IMG/VR virus record: IMGVR_UViG_2541047712_000002
Source: a virus
Taxonomy: Duplodnaviria > Heunggongvirae > Uroviricota > Caudoviricetes
Direction: 5' to 3' (one strand)
DNA: 64,000 bases
The position numbers were made by a program, and so were the translations under genes. Below are positions 29,238 to 38,715 of this stretch, piece after piece. The notes below the pieces were generated by a model. It was not told the origin of the DNA and made no database searches. It saw only the letters and a list, made by a program, of their open reading frames with translations. Positions within the stretch are counted from its first letter, which is position 1. Each line of letters begins with the position of its first letter.

Positions 29238-30182
29238 GTGAATTATCTCTTCGTAGATGGCAATAGCCTGGGTTATTACCACCAACAATCTGACAAATTG
29301 CACAACGGCGAAATGGAAGTACAGGCTGCTTTCGGCTTTGTTAAGAACGTCCGTCGTTATGCCTCCATCCTCCATGTCCGACCTATGATTCTTTGGGATG
29401 GATTTAGTGACAAGCGTCGCGACTTTTACCCGGACTACAAAGCAAATCGCGACGACGATCCTGATATGAAAAAGATGAAGGAAGGCTTTGCTATCCAGAA
29501 GCCATACATCCTCAAAATGATGACCGCGCTTGGAGTTACCCAACTCATTGCAAAAGATGCAGAAGCGGATGATCTGGCCGGGCTGCTGGTATCCCGCATG
29601 GCACCGCAGCCAACCGTTGAACACATCTATCTGTTAACAGGCGATAGCGACTGGCTTCAGTTAGTTCGTGAAAACGTAAGCTGGGTAAGCCTGCGTGAAG
29701 ACGCCAAAAACAAGCAGGTTAATTTTGAGCAATTTGCGGAGCTGACAGGATTCGCCACGCCTCGCTCATTTTTGGAAGCAAAAGCATTACAAGGCGATAA
29801 ATCGGACAACATTAGCGGTGTTGGTGGCATTGGTGCTGGCGGTGCGAAAGAGCTGCTGCATGAATGGGGAAGTGTCGCAACGATGGTACGCGGCATCAAC
29901 GACGGCTCAATCGTGGTTGACAAAGGACGCCATAAGACCGCCTTCAACAAACTAGCGAAGAATGCCTTCAACGAGAAAACAGGCTGTCGAATGCTCGAAG
30001 CGTTCAAGAGAAACATCACGCTAATGAACCTGATTGAGACGAAGTTTCCGCCTACCGAAATCGAAACAATCAAAGGCAATCGTGACGTGAAAGCATTCGA
30101 GCAACTGTGCTACGAGCTGAATTTCCGTTCGTTCCTTGAAGACCTTGAAGTGTTTGTTCTTCCATTCGAAAGGTATTGCTAA
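29238..30182 (+). CDS. 5'-3' exonuclease / flap endonuclease (FEN, T4 RNase H-like)
   Basis: FVDGNSLGYY, LLTGDSDWLQL, QGDKSDNISGVGGIG motifs; start taken at in-frame GTG 29238 after AAGGAA. Confidence 0.8.
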   Translation: MNYLFVDGNSLGYYHQQSDKLHNGEMEVQAAFGFVKNVRRYASILHVRPMILWDGFSDKRRDFYPDYKANRDDDPDMKKMKEGFAIQKPYILKMMTALGVTQLIAKDAEADDLAGLLVSRMAPQPTVEHIYLLTGDSDWLQLVRENVSWVSLREDAKNKQVNFEQFAELTGFATPRSFLEAKALQGDKSDNISGVGGIGAGGAKELLHEWGSVATMVRGINDGSIVVDKGRHKTAFNKLAKNAFNEKTGCRMLEAFKRNITLMNLIETKFPPTEIETIKGNRDVKAFEQLCYELNFRSFLEDLEVFVLPFERYC

Positions 30183-30448
30183 TGCTTAAATCGATTATTA
30201 ATGGCGCTACAACCACCCCTACCCAACTGGCAAAAGAGATTGTCTTTTATCACGGTGAGTACGCTGTCATCGCACTGCCGTCAATTCTAGGCGCTGCCGG
30301 AATGAAAGCGACAGATCGCGAGTTTGGATTAGTCAGCGAGCAGGTCGTAAAAATCCTCGCTCGTGTATCCAGACTCCTTAACCACGATGCGATTGTATTC
30401 GACGAATCCGCCGCTTTAAAACGAATCAACGAAACAAAAGGAGCCTGA
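30176..30448 (+). CDS. hypothetical protein
   Basis: 90-aa ORF between exonuclease and recombinase. Confidence 0.35.
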   Translation: MLMLKSIINGATTTPTQLAKEIVFYHGEYAVIALPSILGAAGMKATDREFGLVSEQVVKILARVSRLLNHDAIVFDESAALKRINETKGA

Positions 30449-30450
30449 TC

Positions 30451-32790
30451 ATGGCAAAAGGAAAATCCGCACTGGCACTTGCTCTGAAAAAGAAAATCGG
30501 TAGCAACGACGAAATTCAGAAAGTAACTCATTGGATTGACACAGGCTTTCCTCCGTTAAACAAAGCGATTTCCGGTCGTTACGATGGCGGTTTCCCATGT
30601 GGTCGTATCGTAGAAGTATTCGGGCCACCAAGCGCGGGGAAATGTGTTACCGCAGACACCATGCTGCTGACGGAGCGTGGAATGGTAACAGTGAAAGAGT
30701 TGTTTGAGATTGAAGGGTACAAAGCGACATGCACTACTCGCGATGTAGAGCATAACGTTGGACTCATCAATGAAAATGGCGTGATAGAGAAGACCTCACA
30801 CCTGACATGGAACAACCGTCGCAAATTCAAGCGTATTAAGCTGGCATCAGGCGGTTACATCGAGGCTACGTTCCGTCACCCAATTCGTGTGGTTGACGAC
30901 TTAGGCAATATCGTCTGGCGGTATGCTGAAAAAATCAGTGTAGGCGACACGATTCCTTCAATGGTTGGCACACATCAATTCGGCGATCAGCACTTGGATG
31001 CCAATATCGCAAAACTGATGGGCTATTTAATTGCTGACGGATACGTGGCCTCTGAAAATTCTGTGCATTTTTCTAACACAGATCCATTCATCAAGGATGA
31101 GTACTACCGCCTCATTTCGCTGGTATCAGACAAGATGCCAGTTGCGAGAAAACATAACGGCTCGGAAGACCATGTGCTGTTTAGCAAAGAGGTGCGTTCG
31201 CTGCTTTTTAAAGAATATGGTCTGGAGTATGAGAAAGCTGCTGGCAAGCAGGTTCCGTTGAGTGTGCGTCGCGCCAATAGCGAGGCTCAAATTGCATTCC
31301 TTCGCGGCTACTTTGAGCTGGAATGCCACGTCAATGATGGTCGCTGCATTGAGGTTGTGAGCGCGAGTGGGCTGCTGCTACAGCAAATTCGCCTCATGCT
31401 CCTGAATCTGGGGATTACGTCAACTATCTCTGAAAAACACGTCGCGGGTTATGAAAATACATATTACCGGCTGTCATTCAGTGGCTCTAATTACGACCTT
31501 TTTCTGTCAACGATTGGTTTCGAATCTCCGGCACGTTTATCAGTGGCAACCAAACGGGACATTGGTTTTGACCGCACTTACTCAGGCTATGTTCCGCACA
31601 TCAGCGGCTTAGTGAAATCACTCTACGAGTCGCTCACCAAGACCACCCGTGAAGACTACGCTCTGGTAGACCACGTTATTGGCCGCGGCGATCGTGTCGG
31701 AATAGACAAACTGCGAGAAATCTATGTCTCCTTCATTGGCAGAAAGAATCGTTTTAACGAGCATCTGTTTGCACAACTGGCAGCGGTAATTGGCTCTAAC
31801 TTGTTCTACGACGAAGTCGTGGCTATTGAGGAAGGTGAAGCACCAACGTTCGACGTAGCGATGCCGGAAACACACTCTTTCTGGTCTAACGGGATTATCA
31901 GCCACAACACATTCCTTGCAACAGCAGCGATGATCTCCGCTCAAAAACAAGATGGTCTGGCGGTATTCCTCGATCATGAAAACAGTTTTGACGTTGGCCT
32001 GGCTGTCGCCAATGGCCTGAACGCAGATGAGGATGACGGTCAGTGGGTATACAAGCAGCCAGATACCTTCGAAGACTCTGTAGAGTTGATCGGCACAATA
32101 CTTAAATTGGTTCGTGATGAAGAGCTTATCCCCGAATCAGCACCAATCTGTATCGTGGCTGACTCTCTTGCGTCTATGGTTCCGAACTCCAAAGCCGAGA
32201 AGTTCGAAAAGATGGCTGAAGGCACAGCCAAAGACAAAGATCAGCTAAACATGAACGACAATACAGCACTGGCTCGTGCGACGAGTGCGAACTTCCCTAC
32301 TCTGGCTTTGTGGGCACGCAAATACAACGCCTGCATCATCTTCTTGAATCAGGTTCGCACAAAAATCGGTGTAATGTTTGGCGACCCTACTACGTCTCCA
32401 GGCGGCGATTCACCGAAGTTTTACGCTTCTGTGCGCATCCGTCTCGGTGCATCGGTGATGAAGGATGGGAAAGAGAAGATCGGCCAGGACGTAGGCGCAG
32501 AATGCATCAAAAACAAAGTTGCACCACCGTATGGCAAATGCACCTGGAAATTCTACTTCGATCCTACTCGTGGCCTCGACGTTATCGAATCGCTCGTCGA
32601 GTACATGCTGGAAGAAGGATACCTGCCAAAGAACGCCAGCGGGCGAGTTGAAATTGGTGACAAGAAATACACCAAATCGCAGATCGTCGAGATGTATCGG
32701 GAGAAGCCACTGGCTGAAATCATTGCGGCTTTGCAGGCAATCGACGACCGAAGAGCAAAAGACAACCCCACCGAGTCAGTAGAAGAGTAA
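30451..32790 (+). CDS. RecA-family recombinase (UvsX/Sak4-like) interrupted by an intein
   Basis: Walker A GPPSAGK is followed by Cys and ~422 inserted aa, then T resumes the P-loop; extein about 357 aa. Confidence 0.8.
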   Translation: MAKGKSALALALKKKIGSNDEIQKVTHWIDTGFPPLNKAISGRYDGGFPCGRIVEVFGPPSAGKCVTADTMLLTERGMVTVKELFEIEGYKATCTTRDVEHNVGLINENGVIEKTSHLTWNNRRKFKRIKLASGGYIEATFRHPIRVVDDLGNIVWRYAEKISVGDTIPSMVGTHQFGDQHLDANIAKLMGYLIADGYVASENSVHFSNTDPFIKDEYYRLISLVSDKMPVARKHNGSEDHVLFSKEVRSLLFKEYGLEYEKAAGKQVPLSVRRANSEAQIAFLRGYFELECHVNDGRCIEVVSASGLLLQQIRLMLLNLGITSTISEKHVAGYENTYYRLSFSGSNYDLFLSTIGFESPARLSVATKRDIGFDRTYSGYVPHISGLVKSLYESLTKTTREDYALVDHVIGRGDRVGIDKLREIYVSFIGRKNRFNEHLFAQLAAVIGSNLFYDEVVAIEEGEAPTFDVAMPETHSFWSNGIISHNTFLATAAMISAQKQDGLAVFLDHENSFDVGLAVANGLNADEDDGQWVYKQPDTFEDSVELIGTILKLVRDEELIPESAPICIVADSLASMVPNSKAEKFEKMAEGTAKDKDQLNMNDNTALARATSANFPTLALWARKYNACIIFLNQVRTKIGVMFGDPTTSPGGDSPKFYASVRIRLGASVMKDGKEKIGQDVGAECIKNKVAPPYGKCTWKFYFDPTRGLDVIESLVEYMLEEGYLPKNASGRVEIGDKKYTKSQIVEMYREKPLAEIIAALQAIDDRRAKDNPTESVEE
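30643..31908 (+). mobile_element. intein with LAGLIDADG homing-endonuclease domain
   Basis: starts with Cys codon tgt at 30643 right after the P-loop Lys; ends ...SHN at 31908 followed by Thr; LAGLIDADG-type blocks LMGYLIADGYV and FLRGYFELECHV. Confidence 0.7.
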
Positions 32791-32882
32791 ACACAAGGCG
32801 TCCACAGGACGCCTTTTTTATCTCTTGAAAATATATAGGTACTTACTTATTATTTTCGCATAACAACCACATAGGAAAACAC

Positions 32883-33083
32883 ATGATCAAAATCTATCTA
32901 TTGGCAGTAACCACAGGCCTTTCAGTGGCTCTCATCTACGGTTTACTGGTTCCGTCGCTGATTTCTACCAAGAGTGATTTAGCCGTCATGTTTGGAGTTA
33001 TCGTTGGTTTTGGTGCTCCTGTAATCGGTCTTATTGCTGGTCGTAAGTTTATCAACTCATTAATCAAAGCAAAGGGGAAATAA
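32883..33083 (+). CDS. small two-helix membrane protein
   Basis: 66 aa, two hydrophobic segments; immediately precedes the SPFH gene. Confidence 0.4.
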   Translation: MIKIYLLAVTTGLSVALIYGLLVPSLISTKSDLAVMFGVIVGFGAPVIGLIAGRKFINSLIKAKGK

Positions 33084-33086
33084 GTA

Positions 33087-33917
33087 ATGAAGAAAGGTTT
33101 ACTTGCAGTTGCTCTGGCGGCTATTTGCACAATGGGTCTTACTGGCTGCGATCGCGTGGAGCCTGGATACGTTGGCATCAAAGTAAACAAATTAGGTGAA
33201 GACAAAGGGATTGGTGAAGTGGTTGGCGTTGGTCGCCAATGGACAGGTCTTAACACCGAACTTTACGTATTCCCGACCTTCAAACAAATGAAGACCTACG
33301 ACGAGCCGTTCACATTCCAGATGAGTGACGGTACTGCTATTGGTCACAAAATTGGCGTTGCGTATCTGGTTAATCGTGACAAGGTAACGACGGTGTTCCA
33401 GACCTATCGCAAAGGCGTAGACGATATCACCGAATCAGATCTGCGTCAGAAAATTGCCGACTCTCTAAACCGTTTGGCCAGCCGTATGACCACTGACTCA
33501 TTTATCGACGGTGGTAAGGCACAATTGCTGGACAACGCACTGAAAGATATTCAGAAAGAGATGTCTCCGGTTGGTATTGAGGTACTGAGCCTGTCATGGG
33601 TTGGAAAGCCTGATTACCCAAAAACTGTCATTGAATCTATTAACGCCAAAGTAACGGCTAACCAGCGTACTCTGCAACGTCAGCAGGAAGTTGAACAACG
33701 TAAAGCTGAGGCGAATATGCTACGTGAACAGGCTAATGGTGAAGCTGATGCTATCCGTGCTCGTGCGCAAGCAGAAGCAGACGCCATTCGTCTGCGCGGT
33801 GAAGCTCTGCGTCAAAACCCGAACGTTATGGAACTGGAAGCCATCAATAAATGGAATGGCCAGTTACCGCAGTACATGACTCAAGGGGCTAACACTCCTT
33901 TCATTACAGTGAAATAA
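33087..33917 (+). CDS. SPFH/band-7 (prohibitin/stomatin-like) lipoprotein
   Basis: lipobox LTGC after signal peptide; SPFH-like core; C-terminal Ala/Glu/Arg-rich coiled coil. Confidence 0.55.
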   Translation: MKKGLLAVALAAICTMGLTGCDRVEPGYVGIKVNKLGEDKGIGEVVGVGRQWTGLNTELYVFPTFKQMKTYDEPFTFQMSDGTAIGHKIGVAYLVNRDKVTTVFQTYRKGVDDITESDLRQKIADSLNRLASRMTTDSFIDGGKAQLLDNALKDIQKEMSPVGIEVLSLSWVGKPDYPKTVIESINAKVTANQRTLQRQQEVEQRKAEANMLREQANGEADAIRARAQAEADAIRLRGEALRQNPNVMELEAINKWNGQLPQYMTQGANTPFITVK

Positions 33918-34008
33918 CTCCCCTAAAAAGTTCAGGCGTCCAGTTGGACGCCTTTTTTATCGCAATTATCTTATTAAGAAAACAATTTGTTTAAAAGGAT
34001 AAGAAAAC

Positions 34009-34434
34009 ATGACAGCTATTAAGAAACTCTACGATGCCGCAAACGTGGCTCTGGATGTTATTGATGATGAAGTAGCAAAAGGCTTTCCTGAACCTGATTG
34101 GGCGCATCAGCTACGAAACGCTATCGCAGAAATGACCCCACCAGATCCAACCCCCGACGAGACAGACTGGCAGCGATTCATCCGTATGTACGCTCAGGAA
34201 ATAGGTCCAACGCCAACGGCAGAGCAGGCAATGCTGCTGAAATACTTCAAAGAGGCGGGAGAGGATTTACCAATTGATGACTCAGCATATTGGTTCCACT
34301 GCGCATGGCGTAAGTATGACGTGATATTCACACAAGGCATGGGAAGCAAAGATATGGTTGTGTGGCATCTACTCCATATAGACACAGCCGTTGACAGAGT
34401 TATTGAACAGTTTTTCCCTAAACAAGAAGATTGA
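34009..34434 (+). CDS. hypothetical protein
   Basis: 141-aa ORF preceded by AACAATTTGTTTAAAA and AAGAAAACATG context. Confidence 0.45.
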   Translation: MTAIKKLYDAANVALDVIDDEVAKGFPEPDWAHQLRNAIAEMTPPDPTPDETDWQRFIRMYAQEIGPTPTAEQAMLLKYFKEAGEDLPIDDSAYWFHCAWRKYDVIFTQGMGSKDMVVWHLLHIDTAVDRVIEQFFPKQED

Positions 34435-34489
34435 TCGCCTATTCATAACTAACAAAATAAGTAAACACTAACCACAAAAGGAAAAACAC

Positions 34490-34765
34490 ATGAGAGTTTT
34501 AGTTCGAATCGTTACCAGCACTGTCTATGACGTGTTTCCGCTTTTTATGGTCAAAGCCGATGGCCTTAACGACGAAGAAACTGACGCGCTGATCCAGCGT
34601 ATTCTCGTTGAATATACAGGTCATGACGCTGATTCAGTGATGGTTGATGATGATGGTGTTTGTTGGCATAACGGCAACTGTTGGTACGTAGAAGAGACTC
34701 AACAAATCAGTGATGAAGATGCCGAACATCTTGAGCGTATTTTAAGCATCAGCACTTTTGAGTGA
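34490..34765 (+). CDS. hypothetical acidic protein
   Basis: 91-aa ORF with AAAGGAAAAACACATG context. Confidence 0.4.
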   Translation: MRVLVRIVTSTVYDVFPLFMVKADGLNDEETDALIQRILVEYTGHDADSVMVDDDGVCWHNGNCWYVEETQQISDEDAEHLERILSISTFE

Positions 34766-34804
34766 GTTTACAGTAAAATTTATATAAGTTAGTATCTACC
34801 TATC

Positions 34805-34984
34805 ATGAAGATTTTTATTGAATACTTGTTACTCATCGTTTCAATAGCTTTTGTCATCGACTGCATTTTCACTGGTGTCATTCGTAAAGTCTTTTCCCCG
34901 GTGCACGACGTAGTCATAAACGCTTTGGCTATCGTGCTCGTATTTAATTCAGCATTTGATGTAATCAAAGAGGTGGCAGCATGA
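34805..34984 (+). CDS. small membrane protein (59 aa, not in ORF track)
   Basis: hydrophobic MKIFIEYLLLIVSIAFVIDCIF...; stop overlaps next ATG. Confidence 0.25.
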   Translation: MKIFIEYLLLIVSIAFVIDCIFTGVIRKVFSPVHDVVINALAIVLVFNSAFDVIKEVAA

Positions 34985-35316
34985 AGGCCATCCCATTCGC
35001 GCTGTTGTTCCTTTCTTCGATCGTTGTGGCCGACACCACTGTTTATCAGTGTGAAATGTCTGTAGCCGACGTTAAGAATGGCGCTCTTACCGACGTCATA
35101 AAAGCACCATATGGAGCGATGGTCGTAGACAGCGGCGACCAGTTCTATGTTGTGCGTGACGATCGAGTGTTGTCATCCCCATATCTCACAAATCGTAATG
35201 GCAAATTAACCGGCGTCGGAGAAGACCACTTCGTATACAACAAATACAAGGGCTTCTATGGCGTTCACGCTTCTCAGCAAAGCTACCTTTTCGATGACTG
35301 CAAGGAGGTTGGATAA
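34981..35316 (+). CDS. secreted/periplasmic small protein
   Basis: signal peptide MKAIPFALLFLSSIVVA, two Cys. Confidence 0.45.
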   Translation: MKAIPFALLFLSSIVVADTTVYQCEMSVADVKNGALTDVIKAPYGAMVVDSGDQFYVVRDDRVLSSPYLTNRNGKLTGVGEDHFVYNKYKGFYGVHASQQSYLFDDCKEVG

Positions 35317-35528
35317 TGGCATTAACACTGGCAGGTCTGGAAATCGAGAAAACAAGCGGCTACTGGCGTGCTAAGGGTTTCAAGCAGCCTGGCATTCTTG
35401 AGCGTCTGGAACGTGAAGATGGGTATATCGTCCACCAGCGGCGTGAATGGCGTATGTACGATCCAGAAACAGGAAAACTGACTACAAAAGCCGGAACACT
35501 TTGGGGTCTGTTGAAGAAAATACACTAA
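35316..35528 (+). CDS. hypothetical protein
   Basis: 70-aa ORF, ATGG overlap with previous stop. Confidence 0.35.
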   Translation: MALTLAGLEIEKTSGYWRAKGFKQPGILERLEREDGYIVHQRREWRMYDPETGKLTTKAGTLWGLLKKIH

Positions 35529-35536
35529 TAGCACCA

Positions 35537-36012
35537 ACCACTGCGGTGAGTAGTCTGCTCACCGCATTCGTATCCAGCTCATTATCCACTGTAGTCAGTA
35601 ACAAAACCTTCCTACATATCTGCTAACCACTGTAGCGAGTAGACAGCCTTTCATTCGCATCAAACAACCACTATGGTGAGTATTGGAGTGAGATGTCCAG
35701 CGGGTATCCACTATGGTGAGTAAGCCTTTGCTGTTTTCAGTGGATATCCACTCGCCACAGTGGATACGCTCAAAGATGAGGGCGACAACAACCACTATAG
35801 ACAGTAAATTTTCCAAGATACCCAGTGACCACTAACCTCGCAGCCCTTGTTTCATCAGTGTTAGTGATCACTAACATTTAATTCAGTATTTGCATTCTAC
35901 TGCCTACAGTGGTTATCAACAGATAACGATACTCACTATAGTGGATAGCGAATTACAGATATAAGTGAGGCTCACTACAGTGGATAGTGAGCCTTACTAC
36001 TAACTACAGTGG
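35537..36012. repeat. iteron cluster downstream of repA (incA-like)
   Basis: at least 12 copies of core CCACTRYRG / CYRYAGTGG; about 8 in one orientation (35537-35830) and 4 inverted (35903-36012). Confidence 0.75.
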
Positions 36013-36017
36013 TTGGG

Positions 36018-37073
36018 CTATTTGCGAGTCTTTGCCTTGCGCAACTCTTCGAGAAGCGCCAGTTCTTCTTTACTCAACATGACCATTTTGCCTTCTTTTT
36101 CGTCAGGCACAACGTCGATAATGTCATCTTGATTCTCATCTGGGAGGCTATATTCCGTCTCATCATTATCGGTTTTTGTTGATATTTGTGCCTGGCGTAA
36201 CTTTGGCCGCCTATAGTGGATGACGAAGTAGACCGAGTTTCCGCGCTTAACTTCCGTGTAATCGAGATATCCTATCTCTCGCAGCTGTTCCATAGCCTTT
36301 CTTACCGTCGCATTCTGAGTAATAGTGCGACTTGTCAGATTAAGTCTGGCGCGTAAACGGGCTAGTGATATTGGTGCCGGATCAGGCGGCAAACTTTCAA
36401 TAAAAGTATAAAGCGCCTGAGCGGATTCTTTTCTTGAGAGTTCGTTTATAGCCCGGAGTTGCAGAAGAACCTTTTTGTCGAACTGGTAGAGTTCGAAAAT
36501 CTTGGGATCTGCTTTCAGTTCGACCGTATCGTGCTTGACACTATATTTTGCCGTTTGCACAAGATGCGTTACGTAAAACTCATCAGAGCCTTTGCTACGG
36601 AACGAGATGGTATTTGTGGCAATACGGCTTAGCGAACTGTCCAGGCGTTTGCGTAACTTCGCTGATGACCTGGCGGTCGGAATGCCACACAGCCTTACAA
36701 ACTCAACGAACGGCAACGTGACAGTATCGCCAACAACCTTGTGTTTGGCAAACGCGTGGATTATTCCCACCCACGTTTTAAAGTCGTTATCCATATCAAG
36801 CCGAAGGCCAGAGATCCTTATGTCTTCGTACCCTTCGGCTTTTGCCAGAGACAGCTGTTTGAGTTCAGCAGAGGCATCCATAGAGACCATTTGCCCCTTT
36901 CTTCCTCTGGATGTCGATTTCAGCGTCGGAACGAAGAGGCCCAGACGCATCAAAGCAACAGGCTGAACAGTGTTATTAGTGTTAGGAACCAACGTAACAA
37001 CTTCGCCTGTCTTTTTATCTGTTTCTGAAAATGCTTCAACGATCGCTATGTTTTTATTGCCGTTTTCGCTCAT
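36018..37073 (-). CDS. repA: iteron-binding replication initiator (RepA-like)
   Basis: 351-aa ORF flanked on both sides by iteron arrays sharing the same core; assignment is by context, no diagnostic protein motif. Confidence 0.65.
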   Translation of the reverse strand: MSENGNKNIAIVEAFSETDKKTGEVVTLVPNTNNTVQPVALMRLGLFVPTLKSTSRGRKGQMVSMDASAELKQLSLAKAEGYEDIRISGLRLDMDNDFKTWVGIIHAFAKHKVVGDTVTLPFVEFVRLCGIPTARSSAKLRKRLDSSLSRIATNTISFRSKGSDEFYVTHLVQTAKYSVKHDTVELKADPKIFELYQFDKKVLLQLRAINELSRKESAQALYTFIESLPPDPAPISLARLRARLNLTSRTITQNATVRKAMEQLREIGYLDYTEVKRGNSVYFVIHYRRPKLRQAQISTKTDNDETEYSLPDENQDDIIDVVPDEKEGKMVMLSKEELALLEELRKAKTRK

Positions 37074-37107
37074 TCCAAATGTCTCTTGTTATTCGACGGC
37101 TTTGGTG

Positions 37108-37222
37108 GCCTTTGCTGATTACAGTGGATAGTAGCACTCATCACAGCGGTTATCCTACCGTCTATAGTGGTTTTTCTCCTCTCTATAGTGGTTGCTTTGC
37201 TCCCTATAGTGGATTATTCGCT
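37108..37222. repeat. origin iteron array I: six direct repeats at 21-22 bp spacing
   Basis: TTACAGTGG 37108, TCACAGCGG 37130, CTATAGTGG at 37151, 37172, 37193, 37214. Confidence 0.8.
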
Positions 37223-37272
37223 CTCTATAGTGGATATCGATCATGTCTGAAGGCAGATGGCACAACGGTTTG

Positions 37273-37345
37273 AGGTGGGCGGGGATCTTATTGGGTCTTT
37301 ATGGGTCTCTTTGGTTCTCTTTGTGATCTGAATTACTGGATCGGG
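37273..37345. promoter_or_regulatory. GATC sites and DnaA box between the iteron arrays
   Basis: GATC at 37273, 37314, 37328; perfect DnaA box TGTGGATAA at 37337-37345; 8/9 box tgtggatat at 37384; AT-rich stretch 37420-37500. Confidence 0.6.
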
Positions 37346-37519
37346 CCTGTGGATAAAAATCAGAGGATTTCAAGAACAGGTAACTCTACTCTTCTGTGGA
37401 TATTTAAGGACATAAGAATCATGACTAAGAGTAGAGTTTAAAATATATCTATGTATATCAGTATGTTAATGAAGAATTAAGTCATTAAGTTATCCATAAA
37501 AGACAATGTGCTCTACTCT

Positions 37520-37614
37520 CTACAGTGGATATATACAGCTCTCCAGAGTGGTTGTTTTACTCTTCATAGCGGTTATTCAGCTCTCTACAGAGGTTTCTTT
37601 GCTCTCCATAGTGG
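37520..37614. repeat. origin iteron array II: five direct repeats at 21-23 bp spacing
   Basis: CTACAGTGG 37520, CCAGAGTGG 37543, TCATAGCGG 37564, CTACAGAGG 37585, CCATAGTGG 37606. Confidence 0.75.
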
Positions 37615-37657
37615 ATGGCAACACCCTTTCAGACCAGTAACCGCAACGGCTAGAGGC

Positions 37658-37729
37658 GATCGGGGATCTCTTTGGATCTTCTATTTGATCTTACTTGGGA
37701 TCTCTTATTTGGATCTATCCAGTGGATAA
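37658..37729. promoter_or_regulatory. dense GATC cluster plus DnaA-box-like site
   Basis: six GATC within 58 bp (37658-37715), then AGTGGATAA at 37721-37729. Confidence 0.6.
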
Positions 37730-37816
37730 CTGGGATAAGTAAAACAGGCAAATGCAGATTAAGGTATGCCTAATGAGTTATCGTAGCATCGGCCAATAAC
37801 TACTGAAAAAACGATT

Positions 37817-38461
37817 ATGGATCTAAAACGCACGCGCTGGGTTCGTCGTCTTGAGGACGGCTCCTACACTATCGAATCAAATTCCAACCTGAATAAGCAG
37901 AAGTTACTTTGTGATATCTGCGGTATAGCGGCGAAGTGCCCGATCTACGAAACCAGAATTAAACTTGATAAGGCTGGTGTGAACTTTCATTTGAATAGTT
38001 GTATCAGGTACGTTCCATTGCTCGCATTTCGTAAACCGATCATCGGATTGGATGCGCCCTACTTCAACACACTCCGTTCAGGAGTAACGTGGCGAGATCG
38101 TTTATCACCAGACAAACTGATTTGCCTTGTATCCGCAGATACAGGAAAAATCATTCGTTTTGGGAAAGTAGACAAGGTTTACTCAGGCCCAGTTGACGAG
38201 ATGTTGCGGAAACACAGCCGGTTTAATCACCTCTGCATGGGTGGTGAGAAAATCGAGAAGGTTGAAGAAGTGATCCGCAAATCCTACGGACACTTCCTGA
38301 CCAAAGATAGCCTGCTCACTGCAATCTACATCAGACATGTAAAACGTGAGTTCGACCTTGAATACCATAGCGAAGAAGAACTGAACCTTGTCGATCCACG
38401 TCCTAAAGCTGGCGTCATAAGCATAAATGCAGCGCGTAAAAAGCCCACTGACGCGCTGTAA
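37817..38461 (+). CDS. hypothetical protein adjacent to the origin
   Basis: 214-aa ORF; no Walker motif, so not a ParA. Confidence 0.4.
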   Translation: MDLKRTRWVRRLEDGSYTIESNSNLNKQKLLCDICGIAAKCPIYETRIKLDKAGVNFHLNSCIRYVPLLAFRKPIIGLDAPYFNTLRSGVTWRDRLSPDKLICLVSADTGKIIRFGKVDKVYSGPVDEMLRKHSRFNHLCMGGEKIEKVEEVIRKSYGHFLTKDSLLTAIYIRHVKREFDLEYHSEEELNLVDPRPKAGVISINAARKKPTDAL

Positions 38462-38715
38462 CCCTCCAGATCGTATATTGGCGTAGATAGAATCTACGCC
38501 CCCTCAAAATAGCTCTCATAGCGTTCTACAGTGATCCTGTCTTATTTTTAGTCATACAGACAAGCAAAGTTGCGCCACGATAAATAGGTATATACTTACT
38601 TATAAATTTTGTATATTAAGGCGCTCGTTTCATTCCTAACATACCGTTATGCATAGTTGTTTACCTCCTCATTGCTCTTAGAATTTGTATCAAAATAACC
38701 ACAAAGGAAAAACAC

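Noticed and set aside
36592-37028. Plus-strand ORFs 36592..36966 and 36741..37028
   Set aside because: Antisense to the repA-like gene, which is supported by flanking iterons and intergenic spacing.
35537-37614. Regularly spaced short repeats that could be mistaken for a CRISPR array
   Set aside because: Repeats are 9-bp cores at 21-22 bp periodicity with no unique 30-40 bp spacers, flank a rep-like gene and co-occur with a DnaA box and GATC clusters; they are iterons.
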